Made by a program: the position numbers and the translations under genes. A DNA stretch of 64,000 nt from Candidatus Poribacteria bacterium (GTDB lineage: Bacteria > Poribacteria > WGA-4E > WGA-3G): positions 22,563 to 86,562 of the forward strand of contig JAJEDB010000043.1 of assembly GCA_022821725.1 (NCBI GenBank), written 5' to 3'. Numbering within the stretch: position 1 is the first letter of the stretch; every line of letters begins with the position of its first letter. This document shows positions 18,167 through 27,090 of the stretch, piece by piece. Under the pieces are notes generated by a model. That model saw only the letters and a program-made list of their open reading frames with translations. It was not told the DNA's origin and did no database searches.

Positions 18167-20056
18167 ATGACAATAGAATTAATTGTTGTCCTGTTAGCTG
18201 CCCCACTTGTTGGGTTTCTGATTAACGGGTTATTAGGAAAATGGCTGAAAGGGAACGAGCAACTGAGCGGGTGGATAGGTTCGCTTGCAGTGCTTATCTC
18301 TTTAGTCTGTTCGATTATCGCTTTTGCCAGTTTGCACGGCGGTGCCGCCCCGTTCGATGAAACCCTGTATGAATGGATTACAGGCGAGTCGTTCGCTTTC
18401 AATATCGGGTTCCGCGTGGACGCACTAACGTCAGTGATGTTGTTAGTGATTACGGGTGTCGGGTTTCTCATCCACGTCTATTCGATTGGCTACATGCATG
18501 GCGATGCAGGATATACACGCTATTTTGCCTATCTGAACCTATTCGTCTTTGCAATGCTGATCTTGGTTCTCGGAAACAACTATCTGATGATGTTCGTCGG
18601 ATGGGAAGGCGTTGGACTCTGTTCATACCTCCTCATAGGATTCTGGTATGAGAAGCAAACGGCGACAGATGCTGGAAAAAAGGCTTTCATCGTGAACCGA
18701 ATCGGCGACTTCGGGTTCTTGCTGGGTATGTTTACCCTGTTTGCTGCGTTCGGAACCCTTGATTTCGCGTCGATATTCGATGCCGCTGAGGCAGATAATT
18801 TTCAGAAAGTCTTTGGTGCCAGTACCCTCGTAATTGCGACGTTGCTACTCTTCGTTGGCGCGATAGGTAAATCGGCGCAGATTCCGCTCTATGTATGGCT
18901 TCCAGACGCAATGGAAGGTCCCACACCTGTCAGTGCATTGATTCACGCCGCTACAATGGTGACAGCGGGTGTATATATGATAGCTCGCTCGGCTGTGCTT
19001 TATAATATAGCACATACCGGCGAAGTGGTCGCATGGATTGGGGTTTTGACTGCCTTCTTCGCCGCAACAATAGCACTTACCCAGAACGATATAAAACGTA
19101 TCCTCGCCTATTCCACTGTAAGCCAACTCGGCTATATGTTCCTGGGTGTCGGTGTTGGGGCTTACGCTTCTGGCATCTTCCATTTAGTAACGCATGCTTT
19201 CTTTAAAGGATTGATGTTCCTTACCGCTGGCAGTGTAATGCACGCGATGGCGAATGAATTGGATATGCGGAAGATGGGCGGCTTAAAAGCAAAGATGCCG
19301 ATAACGCACTGGACCTTTTTAGTGGGTGCGCTTGCTATTGCAGGGTTTCCATTTCTGAGCGGTTTCTGGAGCAAAGATGAAATCCTGCACAGTGCGTGGG
19401 GAAGTTCACCCATTATTTACGTCATCGGTTTAGTCACCGCGTTTTTGACGGCGTTTTATATGTTCCGCTTGATCTTTGTGACGTTTTACGGTGAATCCCG
19501 TGTTGAACCTGAAGTTGATTCGCATCTCCACGAATCGCCACCCGTCATGTGGGTACCGCTGGCAATCCTGGCGATTCCTTCTGCCTTAATCGGCTTACTT
19601 TTAGGCTGGGGTGGACATGACAGTTGGCTCCACCACTTCACAAAGAGTGTGTTCCCAGAGGCGCACCATGACGCATCGGGTAATATGATCTTGTTCATGG
19701 TGATTTCATCTGTAGTCGGTTTGGCAGGCATTGCGTTCGCATGGTCGCGTTATCGCGACAGGACCCCATCCGATGAACCCACGAATGCCCTACACAAGCT
19801 TCTTGCGAACAAGTACTATGTCGATGAGGTATACAACGCACTCATTGTGCAACCGATTAAAAACGGTTCTCATTACTTACTCTGGCGGATTGTAGACAAC
19901 GGCATTATCGATGGGATTGTCAACGGTGTAGGCGCTATTATCCGATTTATTGGTGGAACATTGCGCCGCTTCCAGACAGGCATTGTCCAAGCCTATATCG
20001 TATCAATGGTTCTCGGCATAGTGTTATTCCTTGCATACTATCTGTTTTTTGTATAG
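18167..20056 (+). CDS. nuoL: NADH-quinone oxidoreductase subunit L
   Basis: GWEGVGLCSYLLIGFW, GKSAQIPL.WLPDAMEGPTPVSALIH, HAFFKG. Confidence 0.97.
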   Translation: MTIELIVVLLAAPLVGFLINGLLGKWLKGNEQLSGWIGSLAVLISLVCSIIAFASLHGGAAPFDETLYEWITGESFAFNIGFRVDALTSVMLLVITGVGFLIHVYSIGYMHGDAGYTRYFAYLNLFVFAMLILVLGNNYLMMFVGWEGVGLCSYLLIGFWYEKQTATDAGKKAFIVNRIGDFGFLLGMFTLFAAFGTLDFASIFDAAEADNFQKVFGASTLVIATLLLFVGAIGKSAQIPLYVWLPDAMEGPTPVSALIHAATMVTAGVYMIARSAVLYNIAHTGEVVAWIGVLTAFFAATIALTQNDIKRILAYSTVSQLGYMFLGVGVGAYASGIFHLVTHAFFKGLMFLTAGSVMHAMANELDMRKMGGLKAKMPITHWTFLVGALAIAGFPFLSGFWSKDEILHSAWGSSPIIYVIGLVTAFLTAFYMFRLIFVTFYGESRVEPEVDSHLHESPPVMWVPLAILAIPSALIGLLLGWGGHDSWLHHFTKSVFPEAHHDASGNMILFMVISSVVGLAGIAFAWSRYRDRTPSDEPTNALHKLLANKYYVDEVYNALIVQPIKNGSHYLLWRIVDNGIIDGIVNGVGAIIRFIGGTLRRFQTGIVQAYIVSMVLGIVLFLAYYLFFV

Positions 20057-20113
20057 ACCTGTCACCCCTATGCGGTTTCCCTTTAGCCGATAACCATTAA
20101 AAAGGAGATTTTT

Positions 20114-21676
20114 TTGCTACTCTCAACAGTCATCTTTTTACCATTACTCGGCGTGATAGCGATCGCGTTGCTCAGAGGTCTCGGTGCATCCGCTGTCAAA
20201 GGCATTGCACTTGTCATTGGGCTCCTGACGTTTATTGTCTCGTTGGGGCTTTACACCGGGTTTGACGCAACGACTGCCACGTTTCAAAACGTCACACAGC
20301 AAGCGTGGATTCCCGGTTTAGGGACAAGCTACCACATCGGCATCGATGGTATATCGCTATGGTTAGTGTTGCTTACAACTTTCCTGACACCGCTATGTAT
20401 CCTTGCCGCATGGAATTCGATCGAGAAAGGGTTGAGTGGCTTCATGATGTCGCTCCTTGCTCTTGAGACCGGGATGTTGGGTGTCTTCTGCGCCTTGGAT
20501 CTGTTCCTCTTTTTCGTATTTTGGGAGTCGATGTTGATTCCGATGTACTTCCTCATCGGTATTTGGGGTGGAGAACGTCGAATTTATGCCACTGTGAAGT
20601 TCGTGCTTTATACAATGGCAGGCAGTGCGCTCATGTTGGTTGGTATCTTGGCGCTCTACTTCCAAAACGACAACAGTTTCGACCTCACGACGCTCAGCGG
20701 TCCGTTTGAACATTCACACCTATTGTTCTTGGCATTTTTCATTGCATTTGCCATTAAGGTTCCGCTTTTTCCCTTCCATACGTGGCTACCAGACGCCCAC
20801 GTTGAAGCCCCCACGGCGGGAAGTGTAATCCTTGCCGGGGTGCTGCTGAAGATGGGGACCTATGGCATCATCCGATTTTGCCTACCCCTTTTTCCCGATG
20901 CCGCGGCTGAATTCACGCCATTGATTGTCCCGCTCGCTGTTATAGGTATCATTTACGGTGCATTGGTGGCGATGGTCCAACCAGATCTGAAAAAACTGGT
21001 CGCCTATTCCAGTGTAAGTCACCTTGGATTTGTGGTGTTGGGGTTGTTTTCTAAAAATCCCGCCGGTATTCAAGGCAGTGTCTTACAGATGATTAATCAC
21101 GGCTTGAGCACGGGTGCGTTGTTCCTTTTGGTCGGAATGATTTATGAACGCCGACACAGCAGGATGATTGTGGATTTCGGAGGCTTGGCGAAGCGTATGC
21201 CTATCTTTGCTACAATTTTTATGGTGGTGACGCTATCCTCAATTGGGCTACCGGGTTTGAACGGATTCGTTGGCGAATATATGATACTGCTCGGTAGTTT
21301 TGTTCAGGGAGCCTTCTCGAAAATATATGTAGTTTTGGCAACAGCGGGTGTAATTCTCGCAGCCGTGTATATGTTGTGGATGTTCCAACGGGTGATGTTC
21401 GGGACACTGGATAAGACAAATGAAGCCTTACCTGACCTGAACGCACGTGAAATCGTTGTGATGCTCCCCATATTACTGTTCATCGTCTGGATCGGCGTTT
21501 ACCCGAAACCTTTCTTGAATAAGATGGAGAAATCCGTAGGCCTTGTCGTGACGCAGGTGCAAACTGAATCTGCTATCGGACGCGCGGGGGAACGGATACA
21601 ACAAGACACTGAACTCGCTCTACACGGAACACAGCGCGTCCAACGTGAAAAGATTGAAAAGGAGGCACAGCAGTAG
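20114..21676 (+). CDS. nuoM: NADH-quinone oxidoreductase subunit M (TTG start)
   Basis: KVPLFPFHTWLPDAHVEAPT, LLKMG.YG, AYSSVSH, GLPGLNGFVGE; AAGGAG RBS. Confidence 0.96.
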   Translation: MLLSTVIFLPLLGVIAIALLRGLGASAVKGIALVIGLLTFIVSLGLYTGFDATTATFQNVTQQAWIPGLGTSYHIGIDGISLWLVLLTTFLTPLCILAAWNSIEKGLSGFMMSLLALETGMLGVFCALDLFLFFVFWESMLIPMYFLIGIWGGERRIYATVKFVLYTMAGSALMLVGILALYFQNDNSFDLTTLSGPFEHSHLLFLAFFIAFAIKVPLFPFHTWLPDAHVEAPTAGSVILAGVLLKMGTYGIIRFCLPLFPDAAAEFTPLIVPLAVIGIIYGALVAMVQPDLKKLVAYSSVSHLGFVVLGLFSKNPAGIQGSVLQMINHGLSTGALFLLVGMIYERRHSRMIVDFGGLAKRMPIFATIFMVVTLSSIGLPGLNGFVGEYMILLGSFVQGAFSKIYVVLATAGVILAAVYMLWMFQRVMFGTLDKTNEALPDLNAREIVVMLPILLFIVWIGVYPKPFLNKMEKSVGLVVTQVQTESAIGRAGERIQQDTELALHGTQRVQREKIEKEAQQ

Positions 21677-21697
21677 GAGCGATCTTCGAATCGCGAC
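21673..21697 (+). repeat. GTAG-type REP palindrome overlapping the nuoM stop codon
   Basis: GTAGGAGCGATCTTCGAATCGCGAC; same family as 6702. Confidence 0.65.
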
Positions 21698-21709
21698 TCT
21701 CGATCATAA

Positions 21710-23203
21710 ATGAAGTTTAAACTCACATCCGGTCTTATTTTTTGTGTAATTTTAGGGATTGCGCTGTTAGTTTCAGTGGGGGTTTCCTTCGGAGCAGACG
21801 ACGCACATGGCGGTGATGCACACCACGGGCATGGCGTAGACGGCGCGAAATTGCCTATCTGGAGTATTATCCCGTTTGTTGGCATACTCCTCTCTATTGC
21901 GATTTTTCCACTCGTGTTGGATTCCCATTTCCTAGTCCACCACGGCGGAAAAATGTCATTGGTTTGGGCGTTAGCCTTCGCTATTCCGTATCTCATAGCG
22001 TTTCAAGGAGAAGCATTTTACGACATTCTGCATATCTACCTGATAGACTATATCCCGTTTATTATTCTGTTGTGGGGATTGTTCACGGTCGCGGGCGGAA
22101 TTCTCGTGCGTGGGACATTACGGGGCACGCCGTTGGTTAACACACTCTTACTGCTTATTGGTACTGCTATCGCCTCATGGGTCGGCACAACAGGCGCGTC
22201 GATGCTTCTCATCCGCCCACTGATTCGAGCAAACGCGTATCGGCAGAGCAAGGTCCATCTGGTCATTTTCTTTATTTTTCTCGTAAGTAACATCGGGGGT
22301 TCTTTAACACCCTTGGGGGACCCGCCGCTGTTTTTGGGATTCTTGCACAACGTCCCTTTCTTCTGGACAACGACGGCTCTCTTTCCGCACATGCTGTTTA
22401 TCAGTGTGATCTTAATTGTGCTTTTCTTTGTGTTGGACACATTCATGTTTAAACGGGAAGGCGGGGTCGTGCCAGACGATGGAACCAACGAACCAATTCG
22501 TGTAGACGGACTTTTCAACCTCGTCTTCCTCCTGGGCATCGTCGCTGCTGTTTTAATGAGTGGTAGTTTCAAGTGGGGAGAAGTCAATATCTTTGGTGTC
22601 CATGTATACTGGCAGAATATTACCCGCGATGTATTGATTGTCGTCATGGGGCTGTTATCTCTCAGGTTCACACCCTTTAGTGGTAAGTTGCGTCAGGAGA
22701 ACGAGTTTTCGTGGGAGCCGATTGAAGAGGTCGCCAAAGTATTCGCCGGTATCTTTATGACCATTATTCCGGCGTTAGCGATCCTAAAGGCGGGTGAAAA
22801 CGGGGCGTTAAGTGGGTTAATTGGGGCGATAAAAGAACCGATGCACTATTTCTGGATAACTGGAATTCTGTCGAGTTTCTTAGATAATGCCCCGACGTAT
22901 TTGACATTTTTCAACACAGCACTCGGGAAATTGCATCTCACTGAAGCCATGATACCAGAAATTTTGTCTGGGCAATTGGCAGGTCCCGAACACTTAGAGT
23001 TCGTCAAATTGCTAACGGCTATATCTGTTGGAGCGGTGTTTATGGGGGCAAATACCTATATCGGCAATGCTCCGAATTTCATGGTGAAGGCAATCGCGGA
23101 ACAAAGCGGTATCCGTATGCCGAGTTTCTTTGGATATATGCTCTGGTCAGTAGTAATTTTAGTCCCGCTCTTTGTGATTGTAACGTTTGTGTTCCTACGC
23201 TAA
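21710..23203 (+). CDS. Putative Na+/H+ antiporter (ion-transporter superfamily, DUF1646-like)
   Basis: GTTGASMLLIRP, NIGGSLTPLGDPPLFLGF, SSFLDNAPTY, GANTYIGNAPNFMV; many transmembrane segments; His-rich N-terminal linker. Confidence 0.8.
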   Translation: MKFKLTSGLIFCVILGIALLVSVGVSFGADDAHGGDAHHGHGVDGAKLPIWSIIPFVGILLSIAIFPLVLDSHFLVHHGGKMSLVWALAFAIPYLIAFQGEAFYDILHIYLIDYIPFIILLWGLFTVAGGILVRGTLRGTPLVNTLLLLIGTAIASWVGTTGASMLLIRPLIRANAYRQSKVHLVIFFIFLVSNIGGSLTPLGDPPLFLGFLHNVPFFWTTTALFPHMLFISVILIVLFFVLDTFMFKREGGVVPDDGTNEPIRVDGLFNLVFLLGIVAAVLMSGSFKWGEVNIFGVHVYWQNITRDVLIVVMGLLSLRFTPFSGKLRQENEFSWEPIEEVAKVFAGIFMTIIPALAILKAGENGALSGLIGAIKEPMHYFWITGILSSFLDNAPTYLTFFNTALGKLHLTEAMIPEILSGQLAGPEHLEFVKLLTAISVGAVFMGANTYIGNAPNFMVKAIAEQSGIRMPSFFGYMLWSVVILVPLFVIVTFVFLR

Positions 23204-23325
23204 TACACTTTATTGAATAGTCTTCAGTTACACGTTATCATATATCTCTTAAAAGGTAGACTGTAACACGCTACTTCCATCTGAAGTCAATCAGGATGAC
23301 ATCAATTGTTACGGGAACCCCTCTT

Positions 23326-23357
23326 AACTGACAACTGACAACTGATAACTGACAACC
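23326..23357 (+). repeat. Heptamer tandem repeat (AACTGAY)x4
   Basis: CCTCTT-AACTGAC-AACTGAC-AACTGAT-AACTGAC-AACC. Confidence 0.8.
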
Positions 23358-23375
23358 ATTTTATGGAGATTTCGA

Positions 23376-24809
23376 ATGCCAATAGAGATTAACTGGCAAT
23401 TACTGATGCCGGAGCTGGTTATCGTTTTAACACTGCTCATCGTCCTCGTTTTTGACCTGTTCGACTCCATTTCAAAAGCGATTCTCGGCTGGATGACGAT
23501 CGTTGGCGCTGGGATTGCACTATGGGTCTCTATCCAGATGCACCAAGCAGGCACTGTGGGCACCCAGTTCAACGACATGTTTAAGGTGGATAATTTCTCC
23601 CTCTTCTTCAACATCATTTTCCTTGTTTCAACGATTTTGGTCGCTTTGATTTCGATGAGTTATTTGAGCAGGGACGATAGAAAACAGGGACCTTACTACC
23701 TACTGATCCTGCTGGCGACCCTCGGTATGATGTTGATGGCTGCGGGCAATGAGTTGATTATTGTCTTCCTCGGATTGGAACTGATGTCATTATCGTTGTA
23801 TGTGTTGGCAGGCTATTTTCGAGATAACCCTGCATCAAGCGAGGCAGGCATGAAATACCTGTTGCTCGGCGCGTTTGCCAGTGCATTTTTCCTTTATGGG
23901 ATCGCTTTGATTTACGGGGGTGCAGGCACAACGAATGTCCCCGCGATCGCTGAGGCAATTACTGCCCCGAATAAATCGCCACTGTTGTTAGCGGGTATGT
24001 TCCTTCTCATTGTTGGCTTCGGGTTTAAGGTCGCTATTGTTCCGTTCCATCAATGGGCACCCGATGTTTACGAAGGCGCGCCCACAACGATAGCCGCGTT
24101 TATCTCTGCCGGACCAAAGGCGGCGGGGTTCGCAGCGTTCCTCAGAATTTTCATGGAAGCCCTCCCAAGCCTGCAAGTCGAATGGAGTAGCGTTGTGATT
24201 GTGTTGGCGATGTTAACGATGACTGTCGGAAATGTCATTGCCATTGCGCAGACGAGCATCAAGCGGATGCTCGCTTATTCAAGTATCGCCCATGCGGGTT
24301 ACGTGCTCATAGGTTTGGCGGCTGCAAATAACGACGGCATTTCGAGTGCGATGCTTTATCTGCTCGTTTATTGTGTGATGAACATCGGTGCGTTCGGTGC
24401 GGTCATCTTGGCGAAAACGGAGGACGGCGAGAGTCTCATGATTTCCGATTACGCCGGACTCGGTCTCCGAAAACCGTTACTGGCTATGTTTATGACGATC
24501 ATGCTTTTGTCACTCGCCGGTTTTCCACCGACTGCCGGGTTCGTCGGGAAATTCTATGTTTTCAAATCCGCAGTCCAAGCAGGGCATATCTGGCTTGTTA
24601 TTGTGGGTGCCATCAATACAGCAATATCGGCGTTCTACTATCTCCGAGTCGTTGTGACGATGTATATGCGTGAACCCGAAGAGGAACTCAACTTTACCGC
24701 ATACCCAAGCACCCTTGTTGTGGGATTGGTCCTCGCGGCGATTGGTGTATTACTCATAGGCATTCTGCCATCGCTCATGCTCACGCCAGCACAGAATTCA
24801 GTCTTTTAG
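23376..24809 (+). CDS. nuoN: NADH-quinone oxidoreductase subunit N
   Basis: EAGMKYLLLG, FK...VPFHQWAPDVYEGAPT, KRMLAYSSIAHAGY, GFPPTAGFVGK. Confidence 0.97.
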   Translation: MPIEINWQLLMPELVIVLTLLIVLVFDLFDSISKAILGWMTIVGAGIALWVSIQMHQAGTVGTQFNDMFKVDNFSLFFNIIFLVSTILVALISMSYLSRDDRKQGPYYLLILLATLGMMLMAAGNELIIVFLGLELMSLSLYVLAGYFRDNPASSEAGMKYLLLGAFASAFFLYGIALIYGGAGTTNVPAIAEAITAPNKSPLLLAGMFLLIVGFGFKVAIVPFHQWAPDVYEGAPTTIAAFISAGPKAAGFAAFLRIFMEALPSLQVEWSSVVIVLAMLTMTVGNVIAIAQTSIKRMLAYSSIAHAGYVLIGLAAANNDGISSAMLYLLVYCVMNIGAFGAVILAKTEDGESLMISDYAGLGLRKPLLAMFMTIMLLSLAGFPPTAGFVGKFYVFKSAVQAGHIWLVIVGAINTAISAFYYLRVVVTMYMREPEEELNFTAYPSTLVVGLVLAAIGVLLIGILPSLMLTPAQNSVF

Positions 24810-24810
24810 T

Positions 24811-24878
24811 AGCTGTCAGCAGTCGGCAATCAGCAGTCAGAAGAATATGTAGCAGTGGGAGGGGTTTGTAACCCTGAC
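24811..24878. repeat. Degenerate heptamer run followed by a REP-like hairpin
   Basis: GCTGTCAGCAGTCGGCAATCAGCAGTCAG, then GTGGGAGGGGTTTGTAACCCTGAC. Confidence 0.45.
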
Positions 24879-25023
24879 TCCACCACAAGCTGGAACCTTA
24901 AATTAAAGTGTGGAAGAATAGAAGGTTGATTCTTCGGTCTTCCACACTTCTGTTTTTCCCTTGTCTTAATAAGAAAACAAGGGATTTTGCATAAGTCTTA
25001 AGGCAAATGGAAAAGAGGACGTT

Positions 25024-25992
25024 ATGTCAGACGTTAGGTTAGGTTTTATCGGCACAGGTGGCAACATGAACCGTCACCTACGTGAATTAACCGAGATTGG
25101 CGGCACAAAATTCGTCGCCTTCTGTGATATTGTCATCGACAAAGCGGAGCAGGCTGTTACCCAATACGGTGGTAAAGCCTACGGAGACTATAATCAAATG
25201 CTCGCGAGCGAGGAATTGGATGCCGTTTATATTTCAATTCCGCCGTTTGCCCATGGTGCCCCTGAGCGTGCTGTCATTGCCGCTGGACTGCCGATGTTTG
25301 TAGAGAAACCGGTGCACATGGATACCAGCGAAGCGAAAGAGATCGCAGCTGAAGTCGAAGAAAAGGGAATTATCACCGCGACTGGGTATCAGGAACGTTA
25401 TCTTGATATTATCGATAAGGCACAGGAACTCCTCGCTTCTCGACGTGTAGGGTTCTTCATGGGCTATTGGATGGGAGGTATGCCCGGTGGATGGTGGCGC
25501 GAGAAGGCAAAATCCGGCGGACAACTCATGGAACAGACGACACATGAATTTGATATGGCGAGATACCTCTTCGGTGAAGTCAAAACCGTCTATGCCGTCG
25601 CACGCAACGATCTGATCCCGAATACCGATTACGATATCGAGGAAGCATCTGCTGTCTCACTACACTTCGAGAGTGGTGTCTTCGGTGTTATGTTTTCTGC
25701 CTGCTTTACAACGAACGGGATGCGACGGTCCGGGTTAGACATCTTCTGTGAGGACGGTTCGCTCGAATACCATCTCCGTAGCGCGCTTGTGCTCTCTACT
25801 GCTGATGAGACAACTACGTGGAATCCGAAAAACAATTGCACAATTGATATGGATAGCACTTTTATTCAAGCAGTCCGCACAGGCGATGGCAGCGCGATCC
25901 GATCCCCCTATTCGGATGCCGCCAAAACCGCTGTTTTGTCAATTGCTGCCAACGAATCTCTTGAAACGGGTCTACCTGTCCACTTAGGATAA
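25024..25992 (+). CDS. Gfo/Idh/MocA family oxidoreductase
   Basis: GFIGTG Rossmann motif, FVEKP, SGGQLMEQTTH. Confidence 0.9.
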   Translation: MSDVRLGFIGTGGNMNRHLRELTEIGGTKFVAFCDIVIDKAEQAVTQYGGKAYGDYNQMLASEELDAVYISIPPFAHGAPERAVIAAGLPMFVEKPVHMDTSEAKEIAAEVEEKGIITATGYQERYLDIIDKAQELLASRRVGFFMGYWMGGMPGGWWREKAKSGGQLMEQTTHEFDMARYLFGEVKTVYAVARNDLIPNTDYDIEEASAVSLHFESGVFGVMFSACFTTNGMRRSGLDIFCEDGSLEYHLRSALVLSTADETTTWNPKNNCTIDMDSTFIQAVRTGDGSAIRSPYSDAAKTAVLSIAANESLETGLPVHLG

Positions 25993-26032
25993 TTGGAAGG
26001 GCAGGTGAGATAGCGTTATTTTTTTCACAGCA

Positions 26033-26170
26033 ATTGCCAGGGAGATAGTCCATGTGACACGCATGTCCAGCGATTTGTGGTCCCTCCGCGATGCAATTCG
26101 GCTCAGCTGCTCGCCGATGCGCACGATTAAACAGAACCTTTTCTGGCGTTCTTCTACAATGTGCTTATTT
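26033..26170 (+). pseudogene. Degenerate ~135-bp fragment of a P1B-ATPase gene, similar to 29029-29167
   Basis: Shares CGATGCGCACGATTAAACAGAACCTTTTCTGG with copA; has a 1-bp deletion and many substitutions. Confidence 0.8.
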
Positions 26171-26172
26171 GC

Positions 26173-26201
26173 TTGCCCCTCCAAACTTTACCTGATATAA
26201 T
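26173..26201 (+). promoter_or_regulatory. sigma70-like promoter of the PIN toxin module
   Basis: TTGCCC-17 nt-TATAAT with extended TG. Confidence 0.6.
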
Positions 26202-26212
26202 TAGAGAAATAT

Positions 26213-26704
26213 ATGCGATCTAAACCGCGCGTTTATATTGAGACTTCAGTTATCAGTTATCTGACTTCCAGACCCAGCAGTAACGAAGGAATTCGTGGTT
26301 GTCAATATTTCACTCGCTATTGGTGGGAAAATTTTGCCGAACAACAATTTGAACTTGTTTCCTCACCGATTGTCCAGCAGGAAGTCAGTTTAGGCAATAC
26401 GGAAGCTTCTCAAAAACGTCTCAAGGTTTTGGAGAAACTGACTTTATTGGACACGCCAAGAGAGATACTGGATTCTCTTAGCGATGATTTGATAAATGCA
26501 GGAGCTTTGCCCCTGAAAGCACGGATTGACTCGTTTCATATAGCGATTGCTGCGATAAACAGTGTAGAGTATTTGGCAACATGGAATTTTAAGCATATTG
26601 CCAATATTAACAAAATTCCCTTGATACAGCAGGTGTGTCGAAAAATAGGTTATCAACCACCGATCCTTTGCACACCCCAACAACTGCTAATGGAGGAATT
26701 TTAA
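26213..26704 (+). CDS. PIN-domain (VapC-like) toxin
   Basis: VYIETSVISYL, S..V..E, DSFHIAIA, LATWNFKHIAN, ICTP-like C-terminus. Confidence 0.85.
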   Translation: MRSKPRVYIETSVISYLTSRPSSNEGIRGCQYFTRYWWENFAEQQFELVSSPIVQQEVSLGNTEASQKRLKVLEKLTLLDTPREILDSLSDDLINAGALPLKARIDSFHIAIAAINSVEYLATWNFKHIANINKIPLIQQVCRKIGYQPPILCTPQQLLMEEF

Positions 26705-26705
26705 A

Positions 26706-26918
26706 ATGTGGAAAGACCCGTTTGTTGATGAAATTCATCGAATTCGAGAGGAATGGGCTGCGAAGTTCAACTATAACTCGAAAGCATTACTTGAAAACAT
26801 CGAACAACAGAAACAGCAAGACTATTTAACTGACGAAAACGGGGACTTCATAAAGGACGAAAAAGGTGGATTAATCCTCAAATCTGAATTGAAATTGAAG
26901 GATAAAGTTAAAAGATGA
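26706..26918 (+). CDS. Putative antitoxin downstream of the PIN toxin
   Basis: MWKDPFVDEIHRIRE..A.KFNY pattern, which typically follows this PIN subfamily. Confidence 0.7.
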   Translation: MWKDPFVDEIHRIREEWAAKFNYNSKALLENIEQQKQQDYLTDENGDFIKDEKGGLILKSELKLKDKVKR

Positions 26919-26952
26919 TGCTTGCGGCGTTCGTCAAGGGAACCGAGAAGAG

Positions 26953-27017
26953 GGTTATCGGTTGTCCGGGAAGAGAAGTTGTTAAACGAAACCTCTTAAC
27001 TGATAACTGACAACCGA
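26953..27017. repeat. Heptamer-armed hairpin element
   Basis: GGTTATCGGTTGTC ... CCTCTTAACTGATAACTGACAACCGA. Confidence 0.6.
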
Positions 27018-27090
27018 AAGGATTTTCGCAGACGGGGAAGCTCATAAGGGCTTCATACCGTTGATTCATCCGAACTGACAATTCTAAAAA

